DNA of 64,000 bases. Source: Paraspadella gotoi (Eukaryota > Animalia > Chaetognatha). Both the position numbers and the translations under genes were made by a program. Every line of letters starts with the position of its first letter. Position 1 is the stretch's first letter. The notes under the pieces are model-generated. The model saw only the letters and a program-made list of their open reading frames with translations. It made no database searches and had not been told where the DNA came from. Below are positions 51,645 to 63,917 of this stretch, in pieces. The stretch is taken from assembly GCA_051294375.1 (NCBI GenBank), contig CM119270.1:10498766-10562765 (forward strand), given 5' to 3'.

Positions 51645-51715
<71 letters not shown>

Positions 51716-52050
51716 TCTCTCTCTCTCACCCGGGGCGTAATTGCCGACGGCCAATCCGTTGGCTGAGGCCGAAGGAGGGAAAATTGAATACAGAGAAATA
51801 TATAAAAAACCGCGAGAAAGTGAAAAAAGAGAAAAGAGCAAAAAAGAAATCAATTCAAACATAAAATTTTAAATATTTCGAATTTCTTATTGCCAATCGT
51901 TTCCCTATATTAAATAGAAAGCGAGAGAAAATTACACTTCACTAATGAAGTTTTTTTTTCTTTTTATTTAGGTTTTGCATTCAAATTCAAATAGTTGAAA
52001 TGAAATTTCATAATCAAGACTGGATAGAATTTTTACTACCAGCTATGGGC

Positions 52051-52109
<59 letters not shown>

Positions 52110-52244
52110 TCTCTCTCTCTTTTTTTTTCTCTTCTCTCATATCGTTTACAAGACAATTTCCTTCGATGGTCTCCCGCTGTCGGAAGCCACATCATTCATG
52201 GTCAGCTAGAAAATTAAGTAAAGCCAAAGAGAATTCTCGGTATT

Positions 52245-52550
52245 AATTGGTACAACCAATATAAAAATTATTCATTCATTTAATAAATAAGTTATCTTGC
52301 CCCTGACTTTTGACAGGCTTTGGTGGTTTAAGGCCTCCATCACTCTTACAAGATGATGACATAGCAGGTCCCTGCAAGCTTTCAATCAAGACTCTCTCAC
52401 AGTCTTATTTATTCACTCCCAGAGTACCTGGCTTCCCTATCAATGCAGTGGAATAATATTTCAAAGAATGTTTCAATTAGATCGGGTAATAATAATTGTA
52501 GTCCGCACTAGCATCAAAATACAAGGAGCTGAATTTTATGAAATTGGTAC
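52245..52550. mobile_element. ~320-bp element copy (duplicate at 56704-57012)
   Basis: Matches the 8568 unit; aattggtac at both ends. Confidence 0.85.
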
Positions 52551-53656
52551 CATATTAGACTTATTTAAAGCTTGGTAAACACCAAAACAATTCTCAATCA
52601 TATTTTTCTGTTCATGAGACTTAGCCCTAATTTTATTTTTGTGAACAAAATTTATACTTTGCAAGTATTTTAATTAGCATAGCTAGTTTTTTCTAACGGA
52701 GAAGAGGGATTAAAAAAAAGGAGTCAAAACAAAAGAAATAGTGCCATCTTTAGCTTCCACCCATTTTCGTCCTTAAATGAACCTGCCTTCAAAAATTCCG
52801 TTTGTCGCGGTAGTATTTCATATTTCATACCTCGATACTCGTTTTGGTAAAAGTTTTACATCATAGATTTCTTTGGTCTTCAATATTTTTTTCCCTTCCT
52901 CCGACTCCTCTTTCTCCGTTCATTCAACTCCTTTTCCTCCCTTCATCCGGCTTCTATTCCTCCCATTTTCCGGCTCCTCTTCCTCCACCTCCGGTCCGCT
53001 CTCCCTCTTCCAAGTTTGTGATCTTTTGGCATTTAAAGTCAGCTTCGGTCGGCCCGCCGTTTCTCGATTTCTCGATAGAAGGAAAGGAAGGAGGCAAGCA
53101 GAAAGAGAGAGAGCGAAAGAAAAAGGTTGAGCAATGGGAGAGAAAAGGGTGAGGAATGAAAAAAAAATAAGGGAGGAAAGGGAAAAATAAAGTAAAAGGA
53201 AAGAGGTTGGAAAGAAACAGAAATGAAAGAAGGAAGAGAGATAACGGATTAAGTTAGACGAAGGTAAAAGGAGAAATAGGAGTTGAAAGAGAAAGAAAGA
53301 AAGAGGAATGGAAAAAAGAAAGTAAAAAGGATGCGACAGAGAAAGAATTTTCGGAAGCCCCGCTCGGCCGACTTAACGCCGGGAATGGAGACCGGAAACG
53401 ACGTAATAATCTCTCCATCGCAAATGTCAGCTTTCCCCAGACATGACATCCCCCAACCACAAATGTCAACTTTTCCTAGACATGACATTCCCTTCGCCCC
53501 GCCCGATCGAAAAGGTCCCCGATGACGAGGACCAAAACTTTAAAAAAAAGAGCCATGAAAAAGTCGTTCTTTTGAAATTTTTATCATTATTATTTTAATT
53601 TTTAAATTTTTTTAAAGATTCCTGGCTTTTATTTTAATGTTATTCGATCTGGTGGT

Positions 53657-54050
53657 CGTAGAATTTCGCCCATAATAGTGGGCCCCAATTATTGCACCCA
53701 CATACAATTGCACACAGAGCATTCCGCCCACGTAAGATTGCGCCCACATGGGATTCCTCTCCGCGGGATTCCGCCAACGCAGTTCTACGTGGGCCCAATC
53801 GTACCTGGGCCCAATCCTATAGGCCCAATCCTATGGGCTCAATCCTATGGGCGAAATTCTAAGGGCGCAATCCTGAGTGGGCGGAATCCTACTGGGTAGA
53901 ATATTATGTGGGCGGAATATTACGAAGGCCCAATTTTAATTGGGCGCAATAGTACATGGGCGCAATACTCCGGGTGCAATTATATGTGGGTGCAATACTG
54001 TGGGCACAATTTTATGGGCGCAATCCTACGTGGGTACAATCCTAATGGAA
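53657..54050. mobile_element. Foldback MITE built of inverted arrays of ~16-18-bp units (duplicate ~58127-58510)
   Basis: attgcgccca/attgcaccca units on the left, tgggcgcaat/tgggtgcaat on the right. Confidence 0.7.
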
Positions 54051-54154
54051 CAAAAAATAAAAATATAATTAAAACACTTTAGTTCGGTTCTAACTACATC
54101 ATTATCTTACCAACACTATTTCCCTATTTTATTGTACTATTGTTTTATTTGTAG

Positions 54155-54695
54155 ACACAGACCCCTTAAAACAAAGCAAGGATTACGCCTGGACTCAATA
54201 CGATGTTCACTTTTTTCAATTAAACGTCCGTTAGCCGCTAACGACGCCAAGCGATTAATGTTTGCTCATGTTGTTCAACAAAAGGCCATGAAGTTTCGGA
54301 CATTCTGAATCAAGTGCCCATGGGCCATAGTGAGCTAAATTAAGTAAATTAAATTTTCTTTAATATCAATTTTTGTGCTATTTGTAAATAATGTGACTCG
54401 TTATTCTTAGCTCAGTCTCTTGAAAAAGTAGCTTTTACATTACATTTCGACGGCACATCCGGTAGCACAGACGCATAAGTTAAAAACATTGTTTTTATGA
54501 TCCGTTTTATGAACTCATAATCACAGCGTTCGACCTCTAACGCCGTTATTGCGACAAACCACCAGCTCAACTCTCCTCACAACTCTCACAACAATCCTCA
54601 CATCTCGCAAAATCACAACTGCTCCACTCAGCAACACCCTCTCCCAATTTCTTGGGCCGATGTCTGAATTTAGAAGCAAAAATCAATCGGATTAA
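54155..54695 (+). other. Two candidate terminal exons (54155-54329, 54527-54695; duplicates 58616-58790, 58989-59155) of an unidentified gene or pseudogene
   Basis: tttgtag acceptor, A|gtgagc donor, tcacag acceptor; an open frame needs a consensus of the two error-prone copies. Confidence 0.3.
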
Positions 54696-54748
54696 GAAAC
54701 TGACCGAGAAAATGGCTGAAGATAGATAAACGAGTCAAGAGAGTAAAC

Positions 54749-54783
<35 letters not shown>

Positions 54784-54788
54784 AGAGT

Positions 54789-54838
<50 letters not shown>

Positions 54839-54979
54839 TTCGCTAATAGTAGACAGGAACTGCGACATTTTTTTGCAAGAATTCTTCCTTAAATTCTTAT
54901 ATAATCGCGCGTTTTTAGTACGCGGAAAACTGATATCAGACGATACAAATTCGCGTTGCGCTCAAAAAAGCGACCAAAG

Positions 54980-55061
54980 ATGAAAATAACTCATTTAGTC
55001 TCGGGCGTCTTGTTGGTTTTTTGTCTGGGTCAAGCGACGGGGTTTGACGTCAATGAAGAGG
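54980..55061 (+). CDS. First coding exon, signal peptide (MKITHLVSGVLLVFCLGQATG-FDVNEE)
   Basis: ATG, basic n-region, hydrophobic h-region, A-x-G cleavage site, G|gtaaaa donor (phase 1); TATA-like ttatataa ~80 bp upstream. Confidence 0.7.
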
Positions 55062-55298
55062 GTAAAAATTTAAAAAAACTTTGATGACAGAAAAAGTTGT
55101 ATAGTAGTATCGTAGTATAGTATTTGTGAGATTATTTTGCATTACTTTATTTACAGTACATTTGTATCGGATTTTTTGCACGAGTCATTTCTATTTCATT
55201 TCCTTTACTTATTTATTATTTATTATTTACATTTTTATTTAACTCATAAGAATAATAATTACAAATTTTAATATACTATTATGAATATTCTTTGTCAG

Positions 55299-55424
55299 AG
55301 CCGCTGAAAAGCGTGAAAGGGTCTCGACCTTACGAGTTGAAGGCCGACGAGGATTGGCCGGAGGAAGTGGCGCATCTCTTTGCCAATAGGAAGGAAGGAG
55401 AACAAGGTAAGTTCGTCCAAAGAG
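55299..55424 (+). CDS. Second exon of secreted-protein gene, copy 1 (indels relative to copy 2; alternative donor after 55406)
   Basis: tttgtcag acceptor, phase 1; open frame EPLKSVK..DEDWPE. Confidence 0.5.
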
Positions 55425-58400
55425 GTGAGGGATAAATTCGTAAATAGAGGTACGTAAAATGAGAATCGTACGTTGTTTTAGGATGCTGTGACAGTTATTA
55501 AAGTTCAGATCGAGAATTATTTATTCTCCAACAAATAAAACAGATATAAACTCCAAAACAAGGTTAAGTCTAAAATAATAAATAATAAACTGTACAGAGA
55601 AACCGTCTGAGGACAGTCGGGAGAGAGTTGTGGTGACCGGTGATCAGTCAGTGATTGTGAGAGAGAAAGATGATCTTATGAAGTCGCGTGATACTGCCAC
55701 AATTAGGGACTAACTCCGGAGAAAATATAAAATTTCGACTATTAGCAAAGTTTTTTTTAGTTGTCTTGACTAAATATTTAAGCAANNNNNNNNNNNNNNN
55801 NNNNNNNNNNGATAATTGAATTTGTTTTTGATCGAAATTGAAAAAGACCCTAAAAGACTAACGTTATACTTTATGAAATGAACTAGAATATAGAATATAC
55901 ATATGTAATCTCTTTTCTCTCCTATTGTTCTCTTAAATCCTCTCTTGCCAAAAACCGCTCACACTTTTCCACTCCCTCTCAAAGGCCTCGCAAAAAAAAA
56001 AACCATAATGAGACAAATAAAAAGGGATATAAAACGAATTGGACAGACCAAACCCAATTCCACGTGAGAGAAATTGCCAGAGATAAACTCTCTTTTTCTC
56101 TTTCTCTCTCTCTCTTCTCTCTCCTCTCTCTCTCATCTCTCTCTCTCTCTCTTCTCTCTCTTCTCCTCTCTCACGGGGGCGTAATGTGCCCGACGGCCAA
56201 TCGCGTTGGCCTGAGGCCGAAAGGAGGGAATTGAATACAGCAGAAATATATAAAAAAACCCGAGAAAGTGAAAAAGAGAAAGAGCAAAAAAGAAATCAAA
56301 TCAAACATAAAAATTTTAAATATTTTCGCATATTTCCTTATTGCCAATCGTTTCCCTATATTAAATAGAAGCGAGAGAAAAAATTTACACTTCACTAATG
56401 AAGTTGTTTTTTTTTCTTTTTATTTAGGTTTGATTAAATTTCAAATATTGAAATGAAATTTCATAATCAAAGACTGGCATAGAATTTTTTACTACCAGCA
56501 TGGGCGCAATCTCTCTCTCCTCTCTCTCTCTCTCTCTCCTCTCCTCTCTCTCTCTCTCTCTCTCTCTCGCCTCTCTCTCTTTTTTCTCTTCTCTCAATCG
56601 TTTACAAGACAATTTCTCGATGGTTCTCCCGGCTGTTCGGAAGCCACATCATTCATGGTCAGCTAGAAAAATAAGTAATAAAGCCAAAGAGATTTCTGGT
56701 ATTAATTGGTACAACCAATAAAAAATTATTCATTCATTTAATAAAATTTAAAGTTAAATCTTGCCCCTGACTTTTACAGGTTTGGGGTTTAGGCCTCCAT
56801 CAACTCTTACAAGGATTGATGACATAGCAGGTTCCCTGCAAGCTTCAATCAAGACTCTCTCACAGTCTTATTTATCACTCCCAGAGTACCTGGCTTCCCT
56901 TCATTGCAGTGGATTATATTTCAAAGAATGTTTCAATTAGATCGGGTATAATTAATTGTAGTCCGCACTAGCATCAAATTACAAGGAGCTGAATTTTTAT
57001 GGAAATTGGTACCATATTTAGATTATTTAAAGCTGGTAAACACCAAACAATTCTCAATCATTATTTTTCTGTTCATGAGACTTAGCGCCTTAATTTTATT
57101 TTTTGTGAAACAAAATTATTACTTTGCAAGGTATTTTAATTAGCATAGCTAGTTTTTTCTAACAGGAGAAGAGGGATTAAAAAAAAGGAGTCAAACAAAA
57201 AGAAATATATGCACATCTTTAGCTCTTCCACCCATTTTCGTCCTTAAATGAAACTGCCTTCAAAAATTCCGTATTGTCGCGGTAGTTATTTCATATTTCA
57301 ACCTCGATACTTCGTTTGGTAAAAGTTTACATCATAGATTTCTTTGGTCTTCAATATTTTTTTCCTTTCCTCCGGACTCCTCTTTTCTCCCGTTCATTCA
57401 ACTCCTTTTCCTCCCTTCATCGGCTTTCTATTCCTCCATTTTTTCCGGCTCCTCTTCCTCCACCTCCGGTCGCTCTCCCTCTTCCAGGTTTGTGATCTTT
57501 GGCATTTAAAGGTCAGCTTCGGTCGGCCGCCGTCATTCGTTTCCGATTTTCTCGTATTAAGAAAGAAGGAGGCAAGCAGAAAGAGGAGAGCGAAGAAAAA
57601 AAGGTTGAGCAATGGGAGGAAAAGGGTGAGGAATGAAAAAAAATAAGGGAGGAAAGGGAAAAAATAAAAGTAAAAGAAAGAGGTTGCGAAGAAACAGAAA
57701 TGAAAAGGAAGGAGAGATAACGGATTTAGGTTAACGAATGTTAAAAGGAGAAATAGGAGTTAGAATTAGAAAGAAAGAAAAGAGAATGGAAAAGAAAGTA
57801 AAAAGGATGCGACAGAGAAAGAATTTTCGAAGCCCGCTCGGCGACTTAACGCCGGGAATGGAGGACCGGAACGACGTAATAATCTCTCCATCGCAAATGT
57901 CAGCTTTCCCCAGACATGACATCCCCAACCACAATGTCAAACTTTTCCATAGACATGACAATTCCTTCGCCGCCGCCCGATCGAAAAGGTCCCCGATTGA
58001 CGAGGACCAAAAACTTAAAAAAAAAAGAGCCATGAAAAAGTCGTTCTTTTGAAATTTTATCATTATTATTTTAATATTTTTTTTAAAGATTCCTGCTTTT
58101 ATTTTAATGTTTATTCGATCTGGTGGCGTAGAATATTCGCCCATAATAGTGGCCCGAATTATTGCACCCACATACAATTGCATACAGAGATTCGCCACGT
58201 AAGATGCGCCCACATGGGATCCTCTCTCGCGGATTCCGCCTAACGCAGTTCTACGTGGGCCCAATCGTTACCTGGCCCAATCCTACTAGCCAATCCTATG
58301 GGCTCATCCTATGGGGCGAAATTCTAAGGACGCATCCTGAGTGGCGAATCCTACTGGGTAGAATATTATGTGGGCGGATATTACGAAGGCCCAATTATTA

Positions 58401-59226
58401 ATTGGGGCGCAATAGTACATGGGCGCAATACTACGGGTGCAATTATATGTGGGTGCAATACTGTGGCACAATTTTAATGGCGCAATCCTACGTGCGGTAC
58501 AATCCTAATGGAACAAAAAATAAAATATAATTAAAACACTTTAGTTCGGTTCTAACTACATCATTATCTTACCAACACTATTCCCTATTTTATTGTACTA
58601 TTGTTTTATTTGTAGGCACAGACCCCTTTAAACAAAGCAAGGATTACGCCTGGACTCAATACGATGTTCACTTTTTTCAAATAAACGTCCGTTAGCCGCT
58701 AACGACGCCAAGCGATTAATGTTTGCTCATTTGTTCAACAAAAGGCCAATGAAGTTTCGGACATTCTGAATCAAGTGCCCATGGGCCATAGTGAGCTAAA
58801 TTAAGTAAATTAAATTTTCTTTAATATCAATTTTTGTGCTATTTGTAAATAATGTGACTCGTTATTTCTTAGCTCAGTCTCTTTGAAAAAGTAGCTTTTA
58901 CATTACATTTCGACGGCCACATCCGTAGCACAGACGCATAAGTTAAAAACATTGTTTTATGATCCGTTTTATGAACTCATAATCACAGCGTTCGACCTCC
59001 AACGCCGTTATTGCGATAAACACCAGCTCAACTCTCCTCACAACTCTCACAACAATCCTCACATCTCGCAAAATCACAACTGCTCACTCAGCAACACCCT
59101 CTCCCAATTTCTTGGGCCGATGTCTGAATTTAGAAGCGAAAATCAATCGGATTAAAGAAAGCTGACGAGAAAATGGCTGAAGATAGAATAAACGAGTCAA
59201 GAGAGAAACGAGAGAGAGAGAGAGAC

Positions 59227-59295
<69 letters not shown>

Positions 59296-59438
59296 TTCGC
59301 AATAGTAGACAGGAACTGCGACATTTTTTTGCAAGAATTCTTCCTTAAATTCTTTATAATCGCGCGTTTTTAGTACGCGGAAAAACTGATATCAGACGAT
59401 ACAAAATCGCGTTGCGCTCAAAAGAAAAGCGACCAAAG

Positions 59439-59518
59439 ATGAAAATAACTAATTTAGCTCGGGCGTCTGTTGGTTTTTTGTCGGGGTCAAGCGACGGTGG
59501 TTGACGTCAATGAAGAGG
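59439..59518 (+). CDS. Duplicate of signal-peptide exon (frameshifted by apparent sequence errors)
   Basis: Near-identical to 54980-55061. Confidence 0.5.
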
Positions 59519-59754
59519 GTTAAAATTTAACATAACTTTGATGACAGAAAAAGTTGTATAGTAGTATCGTAGTATAGTATTGTGAGATTATTTTGCATTT
59601 ACTTTATTTACAGTACATTTGTATCGGATTTTTTGCACGAGTCATTTCTATTTCATTTCCTTTACTTATTCATTATTTATTATTTACATTTTATTTAAAC
59701 TCATAAGAATAATAATTACAAATTTAATATACTATTATGAATATTCTTTGTCAG

Positions 59755-59875
59755 AGCCGCTGAAAAGCGTCAAGGGTCTCGACCTACGAGTTGTAACCGA
59801 CGAGGATTGGCCGGAGAAGTGGCGCATCTCTTTGCCAATAGGAAGGAAGGAGAACAAGGTAGTTCGTCCAAAGAG
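59755..59875 (+). CDS. Second exon of secreted protein (EPLKSVKGLDLRVVTDEDWPEKWRISLPIGRKENKVVRPK)
   Basis: tttgtcag acceptor, AG|gtgagg donor, phase 1 to 2, compatible with exon at 62831. Confidence 0.6.
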
Positions 59876-60279
59876 GTGAGGAATAAATTCGTAAATAGAG
59901 TACGTAAATGAAATCGTACGTTGTTTTAGGATGCTGTGACAGTTATTAAAGTTCAGATCGAGAATTATTTTTCTCAACAAATAAAACGATATAAACTCCA
60001 AAACAAGGTTAAGTCTAAAATAATAAAATAATAAACTGTACAGAGAAACCGTCTGAGGACAGTCGGGAGAGAGTTGTGGTGACCGGTGATCAGTCAGTGA
60101 TTGTGAGAGAGAAAGATGATCTTAAAAGTCGCGTGATACTGCCACAATTAGGACTAACTCCGGAGAAAATATAAAATTTCGACTATTAGCAAAGTTTTTT
60201 TTAGTTGTCTTGACTAAATATTTAAGCAAATATTTTCTAAAAAAATTACATTATATGTCTTGATTATTATATATAATGT

Positions 60280-61765
60280 TGTGGACGAACATCTAGAACA
60301 CGCAACTTGTCAACCACATGACCTTAACAACCTTACCTCGCTCAATTCCCCAACTTATTTATTGGTCAAAACTAGAGTTCCGATAACGTTAATTTTTTTA
60401 GGAAATTCGCTTAACCGTTAAAACTAACATTTTTAACGGTTAACCGTTAAGATCGCCTTATATTTTATAATTCAACTTAAATTTAAAATATTAAGATTAA
60501 AACAAATAATAGTATTCTAATGGTATTTCTCTTTAACTTGGCTCTTGAATGCCCGCTGATAAAGACTGAACAGAGTCGACACATGCGTCTATTTTTTATG
60601 TCAAATAAATCTGTGTTGTAACAACAAATATTTTTGCTAATCTCATAACACACGCAACGAACAGGACCATCAAATTCTACATTCTATATTTTGTCTTTCT
60701 CTTTCTCCTCTTTTGCTTTCTCTTTTCCTTTTCTACTCCTCCTTCATATCCCCCATTTATTTTGTGTAGTTTGCCTTAGAACGCTGCTTTTCTGTGTTAG
60801 TCTTTCATAAACTCATGACCACTGCCAGATGGTCATTGACCATAAATATAAATATGAATTTTAATTTATTCGACTAGACTGCGCCTTGATTATCGATCTG
60901 ATCAAAATATTTATGATTAAATATATTTTTCATTTTAATTAAAAAGCTACTATCATCATTATTATTTTTCTAGTATGTCCTTTTTTAAGATTTCGTTCCT
61001 TCTATTATTAATTTGTACTTTTTTAAAAGAAAATTTTTTCTATTTGGTTTTTATTCATTTTTTCATTCATCGGTCTTTCATTTCATTTGCTTCTTTGGTT
61101 CAATTTTAAAGAGGAAGAAGAAAAAGAGAGAAACAGAAAATAAGTAGGGATTATTTATTTTGTAGCTAATCTCGAATATATACTATCTGATGAAGGCCCA
61201 AAAAAAGGAAAAAGCGTAAAAAGCAAAGAGCTAAAAAGGACCAAAGATAAGAGGGGAAAGAAAAGGGGAAAAAACTAGAAAGAAAAAGACAAGGAACAGG
61301 ACCGAGATAAATAAAGGGGAAGAAAGAATAGAGAGAGATGCAGGATAGAAAAAAAAGGAGAAGAATAACAAAGGAAAAAAGCAGGTGAGAACCAAGTCTG
61401 TAAAGAGAGATGAGGGGTAAAAATATTGTGAGCAGGGAGAGGAGAATAAGCAGAGAACAGAAAAAAAATAGTTTTTTTTTAATTCTAAAGATTTTGCATA
61501 CCAAAAAATGAAAAAAACATACATTTGAAAATTATACCGAAATTTACCGTTTGAAAATGAATACATATTAACGGTAAGTTAAAATTATTTTGAACCGTTA
61601 ATACCGTTAGACATGTTAACGGTATACGAACACTAGTCAAAACGGTTGATCTTTATGGTCAAACGTTGACCTTTGTAATAGACTTAGCATCTGAGCATTT
61701 GACTGTTATTGTTTATAACGTTGTGAAGAATAAATCATTCTTACTCTGAAACTTGTGCGTCCACA
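60280..61765 (+). mobile_element. Solo LTR (~215 bp net) split by a hAT insertion
   Basis: TGTGGACG...CGTCCACA ends, ATGT 4-bp TSD on both sides, AATAAA near 3' end. Confidence 0.75.
60373..61635. mobile_element. Non-autonomous hAT element
   Basis: 8-bp TSD GTCAAAAC (60365-60372, 61636-61643); imperfect TIR tagagttccgataacgttaa / ttaacggtatacgaacacta; subterminal accgtta/taacggt repeats. Confidence 0.85.
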
Positions 61766-62294
61766 ATGTAGTTATCTTTTTTCGCATTATAATTTTTTTT
61801 TAATCTTTTTTGATGGGTTCTGATAGAGCATAAAAAGTCAAACAAAAATATAAATAACAGCTTTTTTAAATTCCTACCTTTTCTAAGTGAAAATATTAAA
61901 AAATGATGAAAATCATCAAAAACTGTAGTTTTTCTTATTTTTGATTTACATAAAAATATTTAAAAAAGAACTATACTTTGTTGAGACAATTTTTTATTAG
62001 CTATCTGAATCTAGGTTTAAAATTTAAAAATTCTCCAAAATATTTTGGCCTTTCCTATCTATAAATAAATATTAAAAAAATAATTATTTTGTCCATTGAA
62101 AGTATACGTAAAACTATAAATTTTTGTTTTAGCATGTACTCATTCAAAATGTTTGACTCACCCCTACCACAATGCCTTTATTTGTTCGGCGGTTCGTAGT
62201 AAAATGAGTATAAAACGAGAAAAAGTAACTAAAACTAAAAATGAGTTATGTGACGATGTATAAGAAATTTCTCCTTTCAAACTTTCTCCTTTTT

Positions 62295-62830
62295 CCCATC
62301 CCCATTCCCATCCCCGTCCCCTAATCTCTTCCCCATTCGATCCCCGTCCCCTAATCCCTTTCCCAACTCCATCCCCCTTTCCCCTAATCCCTTCCCCATT
62401 CCCCGTTCCCCGCCCCTAATCCCTTCCCACTTCCATCCCGTCCCCTATCCCTTCCCATTCCCATCCCTGTTCCCCTAATCTTTCCCCATTCCCATCCCCA
62501 TTCCCCTAATCCCTTACCCATTCCCGATCCCCATCCCGTCCCTAATCCCTTCCCCATTCCCTATCCCCGTCCCCTAATCCCTTACCCATTCCCATCCCCG
62601 TCCCCTAATCCCTTCGCCATTCCCATTCCCCCTCGTCCCCTCGAATCCCTTTCCCACATCCCCATCCCATCCCCGTCCCCTATATCCCTCCCCATTCCCC
62701 ATCCCCTCCCCTAATCTCCTAATTCCCCTTTTCCCCGTTCTCCCATCCCCGTCCCTTAATCCCTTCCCCATTCCCATCCCCCGTCCCCTAATCCCTTATC
62801 CCATCCCCGTCCCCTTAATTCCTTCCCCAG
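62295..62830. repeat. ~30-bp C-rich minisatellite (cccatccccgtcccctaatcccttccccatt)
   Basis: Direct inspection; ends exactly at the acceptor of the next exon. Confidence 0.9.
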
Positions 62831-63003
62831 TTCCACCGAACCGGAACCGAAAGCCACGCCCCCTCCTCAGTCCAAGTCCCGGGTCCGCCGCTGGACGGAG
62901 TGGGTCTCGAAGAAGCTCGAATTTCGCGAGGATTCCGTGGACGAACCTCCGCAGAAGAAGAAGGATCCCGACCCGCCCAAGTTTATTGCTTACGAACAGA
63001 ACG
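62831..63003 (+). CDS. Third exon of secreted protein (STEPEPKATPPPQSKSRVRRWTEWVSKKLEFREDSVDEPPQKKKDPDPPKFIAYEQN)
   Basis: ccttccccag acceptor, phase 2 entry, protein-like GC-balanced frame; ends at weak G|gttcga donor or reads on to TAA at 63039-63041. Confidence 0.65.
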
Positions 63004-63636
63004 GTTCGATTGAGAAAGGGGGGAAAATAAGGGGGCAGTAACGAGATAGAAGTGTCGTCGGGCATTGCGACAAGTTTTACCTGCCAATAACCTTGAATTT
63101 GTGACCAGTTGGTTCAGGGGTAAAAACAAGTGTCAAAAGTCAAAAGGGAGAACTTGTAGCAATGCCTGCCTACGTACAGAGGCTTCGTGACGAATAGAGA
63201 CGGACGTATTGACGGAGAGCTCTTTCTTTTCTCAAAAAACTAGTTTTAAAATGTTTGACATTAATTTTTAAAAGTATTCCCGTAGGAGATTGAAAAATGT
63301 GATGCTATTTTGATGAATGAACAAAAATTCTAAATTTAACTTTTATTAAATTGTAAAATTGTACTCAAAAAATTATTTTTTAAAAAAATATAAGAAATTT
63401 TGCAATTTACCAGTAGGCTATATTTTAAATAGTTTTAACCTTATAAAGTTAAAATTTTAAAATAGTTTTAAATTTTTAAATTTTTAAATTTTAACCTACT
63501 AATGAAATTATTTTTCAAAATGATTTATATTTTCTTTTATCACTTTTGACAAGTAATTCAATATGCTATCAAAATTAAGAAAGCTTATTTTGAAATTTTA
63601 GGTATTTTATAAGGATTGTGTAAAGGTATATAAATA

Positions 63637-63917
63637 TGTAGTCGGGCATTGCCTAGGTTCACCCCGCCTATAAGCATGACACCTTCAGTCCTGACCCGGT
63701 GGCTCATTGAGTAAGCCATCAGCTCATGACCACTAGGTACCGGGTTCATCCCCAACCTGGTACCTACCCTGGCGAGAAGCGTGAGGACGGCCGTAAGCCG
63801 CCTTGGGGGCGTGGCAACCCCTCAAGCCTGGTCCAAGCCCAGGACCGTTCCTGGCTACTAAAGGGGTTATAGAAGTTACGTATAGTTATCTTCAGCCCAC
63901 TTAGCGCCTTATCCACA
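63637..63917 (+). mobile_element. Solo-LTR-like element with tRNA-like cassette (Helenus-like), copy 2
   Basis: TGTAGTC...TCCACA, perfect AATA TSD (63633-63636, 63918-63921), same boundaries as 6751-7036. Confidence 0.85.

Larger units (their letters stand above)
51367..60229. repeat. ~4.4-kb tandem duplication (51367-55785 and 55811-60229) separated by a 25-N gap
   Basis: Colinear throughout, differences mostly single-base indels. Confidence 0.92.

Noticed and set aside
61186-61215. CTGATGA hammerhead core (also 10780)
   Set aside because: No proper stem II/GAAA/stem III arrangement
62892-62915. miR-184-like start TGGACGGAG
   Set aside because: Only nine bases match, and it lies inside a plausible coding exon
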